Assembly (NCBI GenBank): GCA_964463705.1
Contig: CAYXCH010000021.1
Span: forward strand, 65,162 to 129,161
Source of the DNA: an uncultured Pseudobdellovibrionaceae bacterium
GTDB taxonomy: Bacteria > Patescibacteriota > Minisyncoccia > Moranbacterales > GCA-2747515
Length of the DNA: 64,000 nucleotides
Direction of reading: 5' to 3'
In this document: positions 20,362-30,060 of the stretch, in pieces
Layout: the number at the start of each line of letters is the position of its first letter
How positions within the stretch are numbered: position 1 is the stretch's first letter
Position numbers and translations under genes: made by a program
The notes under the pieces: generated by a model
The model's database searches: none
The model's input: only the letters and a program-made list of their open reading frames with translations
Told to the model about the DNA's origin: nothing

Positions 20362-20955
20362 TCACAACAATTCCAGTGTACCACAGGAATCACTCAGCGG
20401 CAGATGTTCCAACGTTACAATTTCCCGTGTTGTGCCGATCCGCACCGTTTCATAAACAATAACACTGTCCACTGCCACGGTCACCCGCGTCGGGTACATA
20501 AATGCATCCGCCGGCGGATTTAAGCGACGCAATGCCGCCCGATCCACTCGTGCCATCGTTATGTGCGCATGTTGCGGAGCCAGTTCCGGATGATGCGGTG
20601 ATTGAACACGCGCAATCGCCGTACATAACCGTGCCAGTTCGGGAGACGGTGTTGTTGTGGCAAGCCACAGCATTTTTGCCGTCTCCGGTGTGGGAGCAAG
20701 ACGAATAATTTCCAATGCAAAATCAAACGACGGACACGATTGCACCGCCGTTTTTACCTGAGATAACAGTGAGGGCAACCGTACATCCTCCACATGTCCC
20801 AAAGAAGCAATTGTTATTAACGGTTCCGTTTGCGACCATGTAAACGGCAGTGACCCGTATCTCTCCGTCCACTCCCGACGCCGCGCATTGATCACTCGCC
20901 GCACATACGGCGGTGGAACAATTGCAACAAATACTGTTTTTGTTCGTCCACTCAT
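20362..20955 (-). CDS. 2H phosphoesterase superfamily protein (LigT-like), first HxT motif degenerate
   Basis: The second motif HAHITMARV is present. The first motif position reads LITIASLG, so His is missing. Size is about 197 aa. Confidence 0.4.
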   Translation of the reverse strand: MSGRTKTVFVAIVPPPYVRRVINARRREWTERYGSLPFTWSQTEPLITIASLGHVEDVRLPSLLSQVKTAVQSCPSFDFALEIIRLAPTPETAKMLWLATTTPSPELARLCTAIARVQSPHHPELAPQHAHITMARVDRAALRRLNPPADAFMYPTRVTVAVDSVIVYETVRIGTTREIVTLEHLPLSDSCGTLELL

Positions 20956-23027
20956 AACACTTCCGTACGAATTTCCCGACGCAAGACTGACGACAACTTT
21001 GGCGTAATCATCTCCGTCCGCACCAAATCATCCAAAACATCTTCCTCAATCCTTAATACCTCACGACACAGCAACTCTTCATGCTCCTCGGCAAGTGTCG
21101 GATGCTCCGCCAATACGGATCGCATCTTCCGTTCACTCTGTCGCGCAAACCGCATGTATGTCTCCATCACATCGCGAAGTGATGCATCATTGTCATGAAC
21201 ACCACTACGCTTTTGCAATGCCCGTAATTGCGCCACCACTTCCTGCGCCAGAATCATCAATGCGCGATAATAAAGAAACTTATCGCGTGGCGTCTTAGTA
21301 TGAGGACGCAAGAACATCATTCGCCGCACTATATTGATAATCCCCTCAATCATATCACGCACAAAAATTTGCTCAAAACTCCGGTGTTCATCTTCTCCAC
21401 TCTCCACGTATGCACGCTGCACCGCCAACTTTCCCAACACTTTTTTATATGCTCGTTCCGTAATTTCTCCATAGGTGTAAAGATTTTGCAGTGTACGCTT
21501 CTCCACACCAATAGCATATAATTTTAGCATTCGGCGAACAATGGCGCTATCGGATGCAATGAACGCATGTAATTTGGTCCGCGCGCGGTCATAGTGTGCA
21601 CGAAGTCGCTGATGTAATGTATCATAAGCGCATTGCTCAATATGTTCACGAGCGTGAAGTTGCTGCAATTGAGACAATGCCGTCGCATAAAGATTGGCAC
21701 GCCCCTCCCAATACTCCACCTCTTCCAACGGCTGTCGTTGCGTAATGCGAAGGCGTCGCATCAATAACGGAATTGTTGTAGCCTTGATAAACAACGTAAA
21801 ATAAATACACCCGATTGTCAGTGCCAACAAAAAATCTCGCGGAGAAGTTTGTAATGTCCACCCCGGCACGTGCAAATCCTGCGGAATCATCAGCGCCATG
21901 GTAATTGCCAATGCGCCGCGCAACGAGCCCCAAGACAACAAGTGTTGCCATGTCAGCGGGATACGCTGTGACGATGACACAAACATGTTATACGGCAACA
22001 GTACACCGTACACCGATAATGCGCGCACCACGATAACCACGATGATAATTACCGCCAATGGTATTGCCAACTCTCGCAATGCCACATCAATATCCGCAAA
22101 AATCAACCCCATCAACAGAAATACGATCGCATTGGTCACAAAGGCAAAATAGTCCCAAAATTGTTGCAGATATTCTTCCGTTCGCGGCGTCATTTTATAG
22201 CGTCCATAGTTTCCCACCACCATTGCCGCCACCACTGTCGCAATGATAGATGACAAATGAATTCCATTCTCACTACGCGAAATCATTTCCGTAAGTAAAA
22301 ATGTAAAGTGCGCCACCAGCATTGTCAGTGTAATATGCACATGCGCACGATCCGTATATTGCAACGCCTTGGAAAATATCGCTCCCATCATCAACCCAAA
22401 CACCGCACCGCCCACGATCATCATCATAAATAATCCCGCCGCTGCGGGAATGTCATGGTGCGCAATAAATGTGCCGTTGCGAATAACTTCCAGTACCAAC
22501 ACAAATAACGCCATCGCCGTTGCATCATTGAACAAACTTTCTCCTTCAAATAGCAATGCCAAACGACGTGGTGCGCCATAATCCTTAAATAACGCCAATA
22601 CCGCTACCGGATCGGTCGCGGCAATGATCGCTCCAAATAACACCAGCGCGATAAACGGCACCTCCACGCCAATGACGTGCAATGCCGCCGTGGCAAATAC
22701 CGCCGTGGCAAATACCGCAATCAATAATCCACCCACCGCCAATAATGTGATGGCCCGTAATTGGCGCATCACTTGCGGAATAGACATGTTGTACGCCGCC
22801 TCAAAAATCAGAACCGGAAGAAAAATAAAAAATAACACCTCCGGCGTAAGGTGAAATGTTGTAATATAGGAAAATATTGATGTTTGCGTCAACGGTACCA
22901 ATACAAGCCCGACAAAGACCAACAGCACCGTGTACGGCACATGAAACCGCCGTGACAACAAAAAAACGCCCATAGAAACGAGCATCAGCGTAAACACCGC
23001 CAATGGGAGCGCAATTGCATGATCCAT
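20952..23027 (-). CDS. Cation/proton antiporter (CPA1/NhaP-type) with about 280-aa cytoplasmic C-terminal helical domain
   Basis: 12-13 TM helices with a Na+/H+ exchanger-like core (FFIFLPVLIFEAAY, ATDPVAVLALF). Starts at ATG 23027, immediately next to tRNA-Glu. Confidence 0.75.
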   Translation of the reverse strand: MDHAIALPLAVFTLMLVSMGVFLLSRRFHVPYTVLLVFVGLVLVPLTQTSIFSYITTFHLTPEVLFFIFLPVLIFEAAYNMSIPQVMRQLRAITLLAVGGLLIAVFATAVFATAALHVIGVEVPFIALVLFGAIIAATDPVAVLALFKDYGAPRRLALLFEGESLFNDATAMALFVLVLEVIRNGTFIAHHDIPAAAGLFMMMIVGGAVFGLMMGAIFSKALQYTDRAHVHITLTMLVAHFTFLLTEMISRSENGIHLSSIIATVVAAMVVGNYGRYKMTPRTEEYLQQFWDYFAFVTNAIVFLLMGLIFADIDVALRELAIPLAVIIIVVIVVRALSVYGVLLPYNMFVSSSQRIPLTWQHLLSWGSLRGALAITMALMIPQDLHVPGWTLQTSPRDFLLALTIGCIYFTLFIKATTIPLLMRRLRITQRQPLEEVEYWEGRANLYATALSQLQQLHAREHIEQCAYDTLHQRLRAHYDRARTKLHAFIASDSAIVRRMLKLYAIGVEKRTLQNLYTYGEITERAYKKVLGKLAVQRAYVESGEDEHRSFEQIFVRDMIEGIINIVRRMMFLRPHTKTPRDKFLYYRALMILAQEVVAQLRALQKRSGVHDNDASLRDVMETYMRFARQSERKMRSVLAEHPTLAEEHEELLCREVLRIEEDVLDDLVRTEMITPKLSSVLRREIRTEVL

Positions 23028-23028
23028 G

Positions 23029-23100
23029 TAGCCCGTAGGGGAATCGAACCCCTGTTACGAGGATGAAAACCTCGCGTCCTAACCACTAGACGAACGGGCC
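23029..23100 (-). tRNA. tRNA-Glu (anticodon TTC)
   Basis: Reverse complement GGCCCGTTCGTCTAGTGGTTAGGACGCGAGGTTTTCATCCTCGTAACAGGGGTTCGATTCCCCTACGGGCTA, closely parallel to canonical bacterial tRNA-Glu. Confidence 0.8.
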
Positions 23101-23145
23101 GTGAATACGTCCCCCATTATACAGAAAATTTCCAACTGCGCAAGT

Positions 23146-24363
23146 CTAATATGATAAACGATAAGAATATGTCTGTGCGGTCACCTCTCGTAACGCGCGC
23201 TCTACCAGCGCATCCTCATCATACGTGCGCAATGCCGCCTCCACCTCCTCTGCCGTTGCCCGCAATACCGGAGATCCGGGCATAAAGTTGCTGCACGTAT
23301 CATCATGTGGACGAACGGAAATATCATGGGTTCCAATGTGCTGGGCGCGAGCAATAATTTCCTGCTTACTCATTCCGCAGAGCGGACGGAGCAACGGCAT
23401 CGTCACCGGCGCACCGGTAACCGTCATATTTTCCAACGTTTGACTTGCCACCTGCCCCACCGATTCTCCGGTAACCAGCGCCCGCGCGCCCACTGTTTCC
23501 GCATAGGCCTCCGCTACACGATTCATAAACCGACGAAGTAATACCACGCGTAACGCATCTTGTTTTCCTTCCAGTGCAATCGCTTTCATTGCCGGCACTA
23601 CCGGCACTATTGCCAGACGCACGCTCCCCGTATACTGCGCCAGCACCTGTGAAAGATCGCGCACCTTTTGCACCGATGCCTCTGATGTATGCGGCATTCC
23701 ATGAAAATGAATGGCGGAAATTTCCACTCCACGCGTCGCAATCATCCATGCCGCTACCGGTGAATCAAACCCGCCGGACAATAATGCCACCGCATGTCCC
23801 GACGTCCCCACCGGCAATCCGCCAACTCCGCGCTCTTTGATATATACCAACACCCATGAACGCAGAATCTCCACCACAATCTCCCGTTCCGCTCCCCGCA
23901 ACGCGACAGAGGCGGATTCCCCGCGCGCTGTCCGATCGGCAACTACCGCCGCGCCATATCGCCGCGCCAGCTCTTGCGATGTCCCGGGAAAGTTCTTGTC
24001 TACGCGCTTGACCGTTACACGAAACGTTTTCCATGTCCCTCGCGACGCCGCCACTACATGATGAATTATCTCCGTCTCTTTCGTTTCTTCCTCTCGTGGA
24101 ATCATAACGCCAAGTCCGTACCCGACAATACCGGGAGTCATGCGCAAAACAGATCGCACCGCATCGGCGGTACGTTCCGTTACACCATGGACAATCATGC
24201 GTCCCCACCACCGCTCACATCGCATTGCCGAATCTATGGTGCAAAGCTTCCGCGCGATATTATCCCGCAATGTATTCTCAAACCATCGCCGATTGCCCCC
24301 CTTAAGCGCAATCTCATCATAGGTTATCACTGCACACTGTGTACCGATTTGCATTTCCATCAA
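23146..24363 (-). CDS. thiI: tRNA 4-thiouridine(8) synthase
   Basis: THUMP-like N-terminus plus PP-loop SGGFDSPVAAWM. Confidence 0.85.
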   Translation of the reverse strand: MMEMQIGTQCAVITYDEIALKGGNRRWFENTLRDNIARKLCTIDSAMRCERWWGRMIVHGVTERTADAVRSVLRMTPGIVGYGLGVMIPREEETKETEIIHHVVAASRGTWKTFRVTVKRVDKNFPGTSQELARRYGAAVVADRTARGESASVALRGAEREIVVEILRSWVLVYIKERGVGGLPVGTSGHAVALLSGGFDSPVAAWMIATRGVEISAIHFHGMPHTSEASVQKVRDLSQVLAQYTGSVRLAIVPVVPAMKAIALEGKQDALRVVLLRRFMNRVAEAYAETVGARALVTGESVGQVASQTLENMTVTGAPVTMPLLRPLCGMSKQEIIARAQHIGTHDISVRPHDDTCSNFMPGSPVLRATAEEVEAALRTYDEDALVERALREVTAQTYSYRLSY

Positions 24364-24455
24364 CTCTTTAAATTATAATATGTAATACATCTCTCAACTA
24401 TAAGCACAGACATTAAATACTACTAAAAACATTTGTAGTATATTCCTAAAGATAC

Positions 24456-25535
24456 TTATCTACATCGTGGAAGCGATATTCTTCTTACAACATCTACTTC
24501 CTTTATAATCTCTTTATGAGATTCAATTAATGGTAGAATACGCACCTCTTTGACACCACTATACAATAATGCAACTGGATCTATATCACCATTAATAATA
24601 TTCTGCAAATAAAGATCATTTGGTAATATCCCTTGATCAATATATTGCTGAATTTCATTCCATCCAAACTCTGCCATCAGTGTTTGACGAATAAACTTTG
24701 TTAGTAACTTCTTTTCATGCTGCTCTTTTTGTTGCAGACTAAGCACCTTATAAAAATCATCATTACTGCGCTCCCATGATGTGATAATCGGAACAATGCC
24801 ACGACCATATCTTTTAATAAGATGCATGATAGCAATAATCTCCTCAACACCACTGAGCTCATAGCGCTTTCCATCATGCTCCACAAATGCTCGCTCCTCT
24901 TCCGGTGCGCGCTTTCGTGATATTTTAGGAAAACCACCAACAGAGCGTAACTTATGTATATCCCATAAAGCAAAAGTATTTGCAATGCGCCCATGTAATA
25001 CACTTTCATCAAGTGTGTGTGGAGAATGATATATTCCATGATCCGGAATTAAAAGCTTTTCTTTATCTAAATCTCCAAAGATTGTTGGTCCACTGACATA
25101 AGCACCATCATACATTGCACGGACTGTCTCTTCATAAATAGGGAGTGAAAACGTTTTATGAACAACTTCAGGAGAAATAATCAAAGAGTGTGTCTGCCCA
25201 TCATTTTCCTGCGCATGTAGTGGCTGATTTAGCGCCTCACAAAAGATATCACCGTTTACAATCGGCATAATCTTAATACGGGAGTCCTTACCAATAGATG
25301 ATTGTAACTCTGAAAGAATAACAGTGGATGCTGCGCAATCCTCTCCAAGCTCTGTAACAAAACGACGATCATTCCATACAGCAATTGTAATTGATTTTAG
25401 CGGCTCAATTGCAGATGCTGTTTTATCTAAAAGATGTGTTGCTGCATCTGCAACAAACTGAGCGCGCTCTATTGCTCGTATTGGATCTTTTTCATAAACT
25501 CGTATAATCCCCGATATATTCATAATAGATTGCAA
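24456..25535 (-). CDS. Hypothetical protein encoded in a strongly AT-rich island (no family recognised)
   Basis: 359-aa ORF with local GC of roughly 35-40%, against about 58% in flanking genes. Flanked by AT-rich intergenic regions carrying TATAAT-like boxes. Confidence 0.4.
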   Translation of the reverse strand: MQSIMNISGIIRVYEKDPIRAIERAQFVADAATHLLDKTASAIEPLKSITIAVWNDRRFVTELGEDCAASTVILSELQSSIGKDSRIKIMPIVNGDIFCEALNQPLHAQENDGQTHSLIISPEVVHKTFSLPIYEETVRAMYDGAYVSGPTIFGDLDKEKLLIPDHGIYHSPHTLDESVLHGRIANTFALWDIHKLRSVGGFPKISRKRAPEEERAFVEHDGKRYELSGVEEIIAIMHLIKRYGRGIVPIITSWERSNDDFYKVLSLQQKEQHEKKLLTKFIRQTLMAEFGWNEIQQYIDQGILPNDLYLQNIINGDIDPVALLYSGVKEVRILPLIESHKEIIKEVDVVRRISLPRCR

Positions 25536-25622
25536 TATTAAAATATATTTTTATATAATAACATAAAATGCGGCTTCCTACAAGATAATATTATTGTTGT
25601 CACATAAAAATACTAACCCCTA

Positions 25623-26153
25623 CTATTGAATCACTCGTAATGCCGTAACCGCGCGATATACACTGTCACAACTGACCAGAGTGCGAGAAATCTCCCGCGG
25701 ATCATACAATGCGATCTGCGCCACATCATCCGCCGCACGACACTGTGCGTAAGTTTCTTCGGAAATTGGTGCAAGAAAATGAATATCCACTCCCAGTGTT
25801 GTTACTCCCTTGTACGGATACGTAAATGATCCACTGCACAAATAACGCAGTACTGACGGAGAAAGCGTGATTCCCAACTCCTCATGAATTTCTCGCACCG
25901 CCGCATCCTCAAATGATTCCGGCGCATCCACAAATCCGCCGGGAAAATCCCATTTCCCTTTATTTGGATCATGGGCGCGCTGCGCCAATACCACGCGTCC
26001 ATCCGGTAGTTGTAGAACAACACTAACCGCTGCAGACGCATTCTGAAACAGCTCCGATCCGCACGTACCACATCGTGTCATACGCTGCGGAATCCGCTCC
26101 AATTCCGTACCGCCGCAGAACGGACAGTACCGCTGTTGCGTAAGATCAAACAT
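25623..26153 (-). CDS. NUDIX hydrolase with N-terminal C4 zinc-ribbon
   Basis: CPFCGG...CGTCG zinc ribbon, then the Nudix box GGFVDAPESFEDAAVREIHEELGI. Confidence 0.8.
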   Translation of the reverse strand: MFDLTQQRYCPFCGGTELERIPQRMTRCGTCGSELFQNASAAVSVVLQLPDGRVVLAQRAHDPNKGKWDFPGGFVDAPESFEDAAVREIHEELGITLSPSVLRYLCSGSFTYPYKGVTTLGVDIHFLAPISEETYAQCRAADDVAQIALYDPREISRTLVSCDSVYRAVTALRVIQ

Positions 26154-27138
26154 TGCGTTCTTTTAATGGCTTCCACCAAGAGGTATGTTCACGAAACCAT
26201 TCTACCGTCCGCTCCAATCCCTCATCCAATGTCACACTCGGCGTCCATCCCAACTCTTCGCGGATTTTGGTGTAATCAATATCGTAACGAAAATCATGTC
26301 CTTTACGATCCTCCACATACCGAATTACATCCTCCTCCTTCTTTCCCATCAGCGCAACCAGCGTCCGAACAATATCTATATTGGTCGGCTGATTATCACC
26401 ACCGACACCATATGTCTCTCCACTGCGTCCACGACGAATAATCAAGTCAATCGCACGACAGTGATCGGTCACAAATAACCAATCCCGCACCTGCATTCCC
26501 GTCCCGTACACCGGTACCGTCTTCCCTTCCATCATATTGGTGATCGCCAAAGGAATCAGTTTCTCCGGAAAGTGGTACGGACCATAATTGTTTGTGCAAT
26601 TACTTATCGTCACATCCACACCGTAAGTACGATGATAGGCGCGCACCAGGTGATCCGATCCCGCCTTGGACGCACTGTACGGACTGCTCGGATCATAGGG
26701 CGTCTCCTCGGTGAACGGCGGATCGTTGGGTCCGAGATCACCAAAAACCTCATCAGTGGAAACATGATGAAAACGAATAGACCGCCCCGCTTCTTGCGCA
26801 TTCCGCACCGCCTCCAACAATGTAAACGTACCGACAATATTTGTTTGAATAAACACCGCCGGACCCGTAATAGAGCGGTCCACGTGACTTTCCGCCGCAA
26901 AATGTACAACCGTATCTATTCCATCATCTATCAACCGGCGGACAAGCGCACCATCACAAATATCTCCGTGGACAAATGTAAATCGTGGATCATCATCCCA
27001 CTGTGCCAGTGTTGCGCGACACCCGGCATATGTTAACTTATCCAATACGACAACACGATCTTCCGAAGAACGACTCAATATGTAGTGCACAAAGTTTCCC
27101 CCGATAAATCCGGCACCACCGGTAACAAGATAGTTCAT
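26146..27138 (-). CDS. rfbB: dTDP-glucose 4,6-dehydratase
   Basis: MNYLVTGGAGFIGGNFV Rossmann motif, YSASKAGSD (catalytic YxxxK), 330 aa. Confidence 0.9.
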   Translation of the reverse strand: MNYLVTGGAGFIGGNFVHYILSRSSEDRVVVLDKLTYAGCRATLAQWDDDPRFTFVHGDICDGALVRRLIDDGIDTVVHFAAESHVDRSITGPAVFIQTNIVGTFTLLEAVRNAQEAGRSIRFHHVSTDEVFGDLGPNDPPFTEETPYDPSSPYSASKAGSDHLVRAYHRTYGVDVTISNCTNNYGPYHFPEKLIPLAITNMMEGKTVPVYGTGMQVRDWLFVTDHCRAIDLIIRRGRSGETYGVGGDNQPTNIDIVRTLVALMGKKEEDVIRYVEDRKGHDFRYDIDYTKIREELGWTPSVTLDEGLERTVEWFREHTSWWKPLKERNV

Positions 27139-27199
27139 AAAAAACGCACAATTATTCTTAATACTGCCATTCTACCAATACTTTACATTCGGGACAATA

Positions 27200-28330
27200 T
27201 TATGGCGTTATGGAGCGGATATACCAATAAAAAATCCCTTTGGCAGCATCAGAACAACGCCCATCATCCGTACATCCACAACGCCACTGCATCCCCTGGC
27301 GCTCACACTGGTAGACCGCCACAATATTGGAGCGAGCCGTTACTGCCGGAGGGAGTGTGCCAACTGCCGTTCCGATAATCCATTTCCCTGTTGTATCCCG
27401 TATTCCCTGTAATGAGATTGCCTGCGTAAAATTTTGCCCATCCGTTGTTGCATATGCCGTTGCATATGTATATGTTTGTTTATTGCCTGTCCGAAACTGC
27501 CACGGCAACTGATCACAACGAACATGCAGCCTTTCTTCACCTACCGGAATTAATGCGGGATTTTGCACAAATAACGGAATCGGTCCCGTACAGGTACGTG
27601 GGAGTGTTCCCAAATTCTCCGATGAGGAGTTCTGCATGGAAGTATTTTGTAAAGCAGTGGCATTCATGGCAGCGGCAAATGTCTCCGCCATAACATCATA
27701 TCCTTTGGCATTGGGATGGACGCCATCTACCATCAACGTCGTTTGCCAATCCGGTTGTGACACAAATGCCGCATACTGATCTACCAAGTAGAGTTGTGGG
27801 ATATGAGCGGAGGCAACATAAGAGCGAATCTCGGAATTCAATTCCTGTGCCCGAGCGTTTGCCGGTCCATCAATGGGAATGATTGTGGATACATAAATAC
27901 CAATCTGTGCATCATGCTGCACAATTGCATCCACCATTGCACGAATATTGGCAATCGTGCTCTCAATGGAATTTCCATTTAGCACATCATTGGTGCCGGC
28001 ATGAATAAGAACAACGGAGCCCGATGGCGCATCTGCCAGTTCATTTGTAAGATTTTGCCGCAAGCGATTCAATATTTGCGGTGTCTCTTGTCCACTGACT
28101 GCCGAATGATCATAATCACCATCTCCCACTCCGTTACGAAACGGTCCGACAAAATCATATGCCCCCATTCCAAGCAATCGCTGTAACGTCCCACGGTAAG
28201 AAAAATAAAACGGTGCCGGATACCCTTCGGTAATGGAGTCGCCTAGTGGGAGAAGTCGTGGAGGTGCCGCCGATACAGTGTCCACAATCAAAACAAAAAG
28301 CAGTATCCCGCCAAATAACAATCGGAACAT
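27200..28330 (-). CDS. Secreted SGNH/GDSL-family hydrolase with C-terminal Cys-rich module shared with the 1435-aa surface protein
   Basis: Signal peptide, then LGDSITEGY (block I Ser), GTNDV, DGVHP (block V). The last ~90 aa, TAYATTDGQNFT...QWRCGCTDDGRCSD...FYWY, are homologous to the C-terminus of ORF 30061..34368. Confidence 0.7.
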   Translation of the reverse strand: MFRLLFGGILLFVLIVDTVSAAPPRLLPLGDSITEGYPAPFYFSYRGTLQRLLGMGAYDFVGPFRNGVGDGDYDHSAVSGQETPQILNRLRQNLTNELADAPSGSVVLIHAGTNDVLNGNSIESTIANIRAMVDAIVQHDAQIGIYVSTIIPIDGPANARAQELNSEIRSYVASAHIPQLYLVDQYAAFVSQPDWQTTLMVDGVHPNAKGYDVMAETFAAAMNATALQNTSMQNSSSENLGTLPRTCTGPIPLFVQNPALIPVGEERLHVRCDQLPWQFRTGNKQTYTYATAYATTDGQNFTQAISLQGIRDTTGKWIIGTAVGTLPPAVTARSNIVAVYQCERQGMQWRCGCTDDGRCSDAAKGIFYWYIRSITP

Positions 28331-29481
28331 TAGGCAAACATGCTAAATTGCTTACGATACCGATCCATCATATCCGATATTTTTGATCGGATAATTTGTG
28401 CATTGTATTTCATATATTCTTCATTGATAGTGATATTTCTGTATGCAAAATCAATATGTAGCAACATGGATACATGAGAAATGAGAATGCGTGCAATCTC
28501 TAAATTTAGAAGCGCGTCTTCCGGTCTCTGCTCATATGTTGTCAAAAATGATTTCATAGTGGGCGTATACTGTATATCATCTATATCACCATCCTCTTTT
28601 AGATAATAAAAACTACCGAGTGTATCTACAACGGGTCTAACGATGTTTGTTTTCACAGCATTAATATAATGCCTCTCTGTCTCATCTAAAAAGATAGAAT
28701 CACGATCACGAGAGGTGTCCATCAGTGTCGCCAACAGATTGCGTACCTCTTTATTCTCGGAAAGCTCTGCCGCTGTCAATACAAACGCTCTTTGCATTAA
28801 GCGCTCACGAAACGATTGGTTGGCAGTAAGATAAATTGACCATAAATTATCCATGCTATTGTTGTGTGTACCATTATATGATTTTCCGGAAAGCATTTGA
28901 GCATATACAGATTCCATGGACGGATAAAAAGAAAACTCTTCAAAAGACTGATCAATATCATGAAAAAATGATATCTCCGCCCCTCGTTTAGACATTAATT
29001 CCTTAACAAAGAAAGATATTGTGGTCAGCCCCACTGTTGCATCCGGTGAATACTCTTGCCGCTCCGCACCCTCACTCCCCTGTGCTTCTTTGGGTACTCT
29101 TAGGGTGTGTTTTGCGGTATTTACTATACGATCAACAAATGCCGCCGTTTTGAGTGCGGGAGTCATACCCACCGTGGAACGTATTCCATGACGTACCCAA
29201 GATGGAATATCTCCTCCGGTGTCAATCACCTGAATTGCCTGATCCACCGCCTGCGTCCGACTCTTAGACTCTTCCGTTATATCCTCTCCAAAATAATCGG
29301 CATAAAATTCTTCCAAAATATTTCGTGGCGAAACACCACGGTCTTGAGCCAGCGAAAACACCGCTCGTCGAGCAAGCGCAGCGTCAATCAACGGCGGACG
29401 TTGATGTTTTTGTGTATTAAACGGATTCTCCATCATCACATTTGGTAAATACGGGTAATTGCGAATCTTTTTCACTAACAA
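28330..29481 (-). CDS. Hypothetical protein (lower-GC, no family recognised) inside the rfbB/rfbC surface locus
   Basis: 383-aa ORF. TAATG overlap with the SGNH gene start. Start may be at an internal Met (M16 or M17) to reduce overlap with the rfbC stop. Confidence 0.4.
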   Translation of the reverse strand: MLVKKIRNYPYLPNVMMENPFNTQKHQRPPLIDAALARRAVFSLAQDRGVSPRNILEEFYADYFGEDITEESKSRTQAVDQAIQVIDTGGDIPSWVRHGIRSTVGMTPALKTAAFVDRIVNTAKHTLRVPKEAQGSEGAERQEYSPDATVGLTTISFFVKELMSKRGAEISFFHDIDQSFEEFSFYPSMESVYAQMLSGKSYNGTHNNSMDNLWSIYLTANQSFRERLMQRAFVLTAAELSENKEVRNLLATLMDTSRDRDSIFLDETERHYINAVKTNIVRPVVDTLGSFYYLKEDGDIDDIQYTPTMKSFLTTYEQRPEDALLNLEIARILISHVSMLLHIDFAYRNITINEEYMKYNAQIIRSKISDMMDRYRKQFSMFA

Positions 29482-30028
29482 TCGGACGTGCTATGCCATA
29501 GCGTTCCATCGGCCACGGAATTGCCAGTGTCGGATCATTCCACCGAATACCGGCGTCATGAGAGGGTGTATATACCGCATGGGTACATTTGTAGGAAAAT
29601 AACGTATCATCATCTAATGCAAGAAATCCGTGGGCAAATCCCGGTGGAATCCAGAACTGTTTCCATGTCCACATTTGTGTATTCGCATCAAATGTCGGTG
29701 GTGTTAATGTTATATGCACAGATGATCCATACGTCGGCGATGTCGGTCGCATATCTACCGCCACATCAAACACCGCTCCGCGAAGTACGCTCACCAATTT
29801 CCCCTGCGCATAAGGTGCACGCTGAAAGTGCAGACCACGCAATACGCCTCGTGCGGAACAGGAAAGATTATCTTGCACAAATGCGTCCTCTGACACTCCC
29901 AGCGCCCGCGCATACTCCTCCCGACGAAAACTTTCCACAAAGAAACCGCGCGCATCACCAAACACGCGCGGTGTCACGATTTTCACATCGGGAATTGTTG
30001 TGGGTGTAACATCAATCATTGAACACAT
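29417..30028 (-). CDS. rfbC: dTDP-4-dehydrorhamnose 3,5-epimerase
   Basis: PRVFGDARGFFVESF and the downstream cupin core are typical of RmlC. 203 aa. Confidence 0.85.
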   Translation of the reverse strand: MCSMIDVTPTTIPDVKIVTPRVFGDARGFFVESFRREEYARALGVSEDAFVQDNLSCSARGVLRGLHFQRAPYAQGKLVSVLRGAVFDVAVDMRPTSPTYGSSVHITLTPPTFDANTQMWTWKQFWIPPGFAHGFLALDDDTLFSYKCTHAVYTPSHDAGIRWNDPTLAIPWPMERYGIARPIVSEKDSQLPVFTKCDDGESV

Positions 30029-30060
30029 CTACCTCCTCCTCAGAAGAGGGGGTATTTCAT

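Noticed and set aside
24456-26153. NUDIX + AT-rich unknown gene considered as a two-gene defence module
   Set aside because: The NUDIX gene has normal genomic GC and overlaps rfbB, so it belongs to the resident operon. Only the unknown gene is compositionally foreign. Adjacency alone does not support a system.
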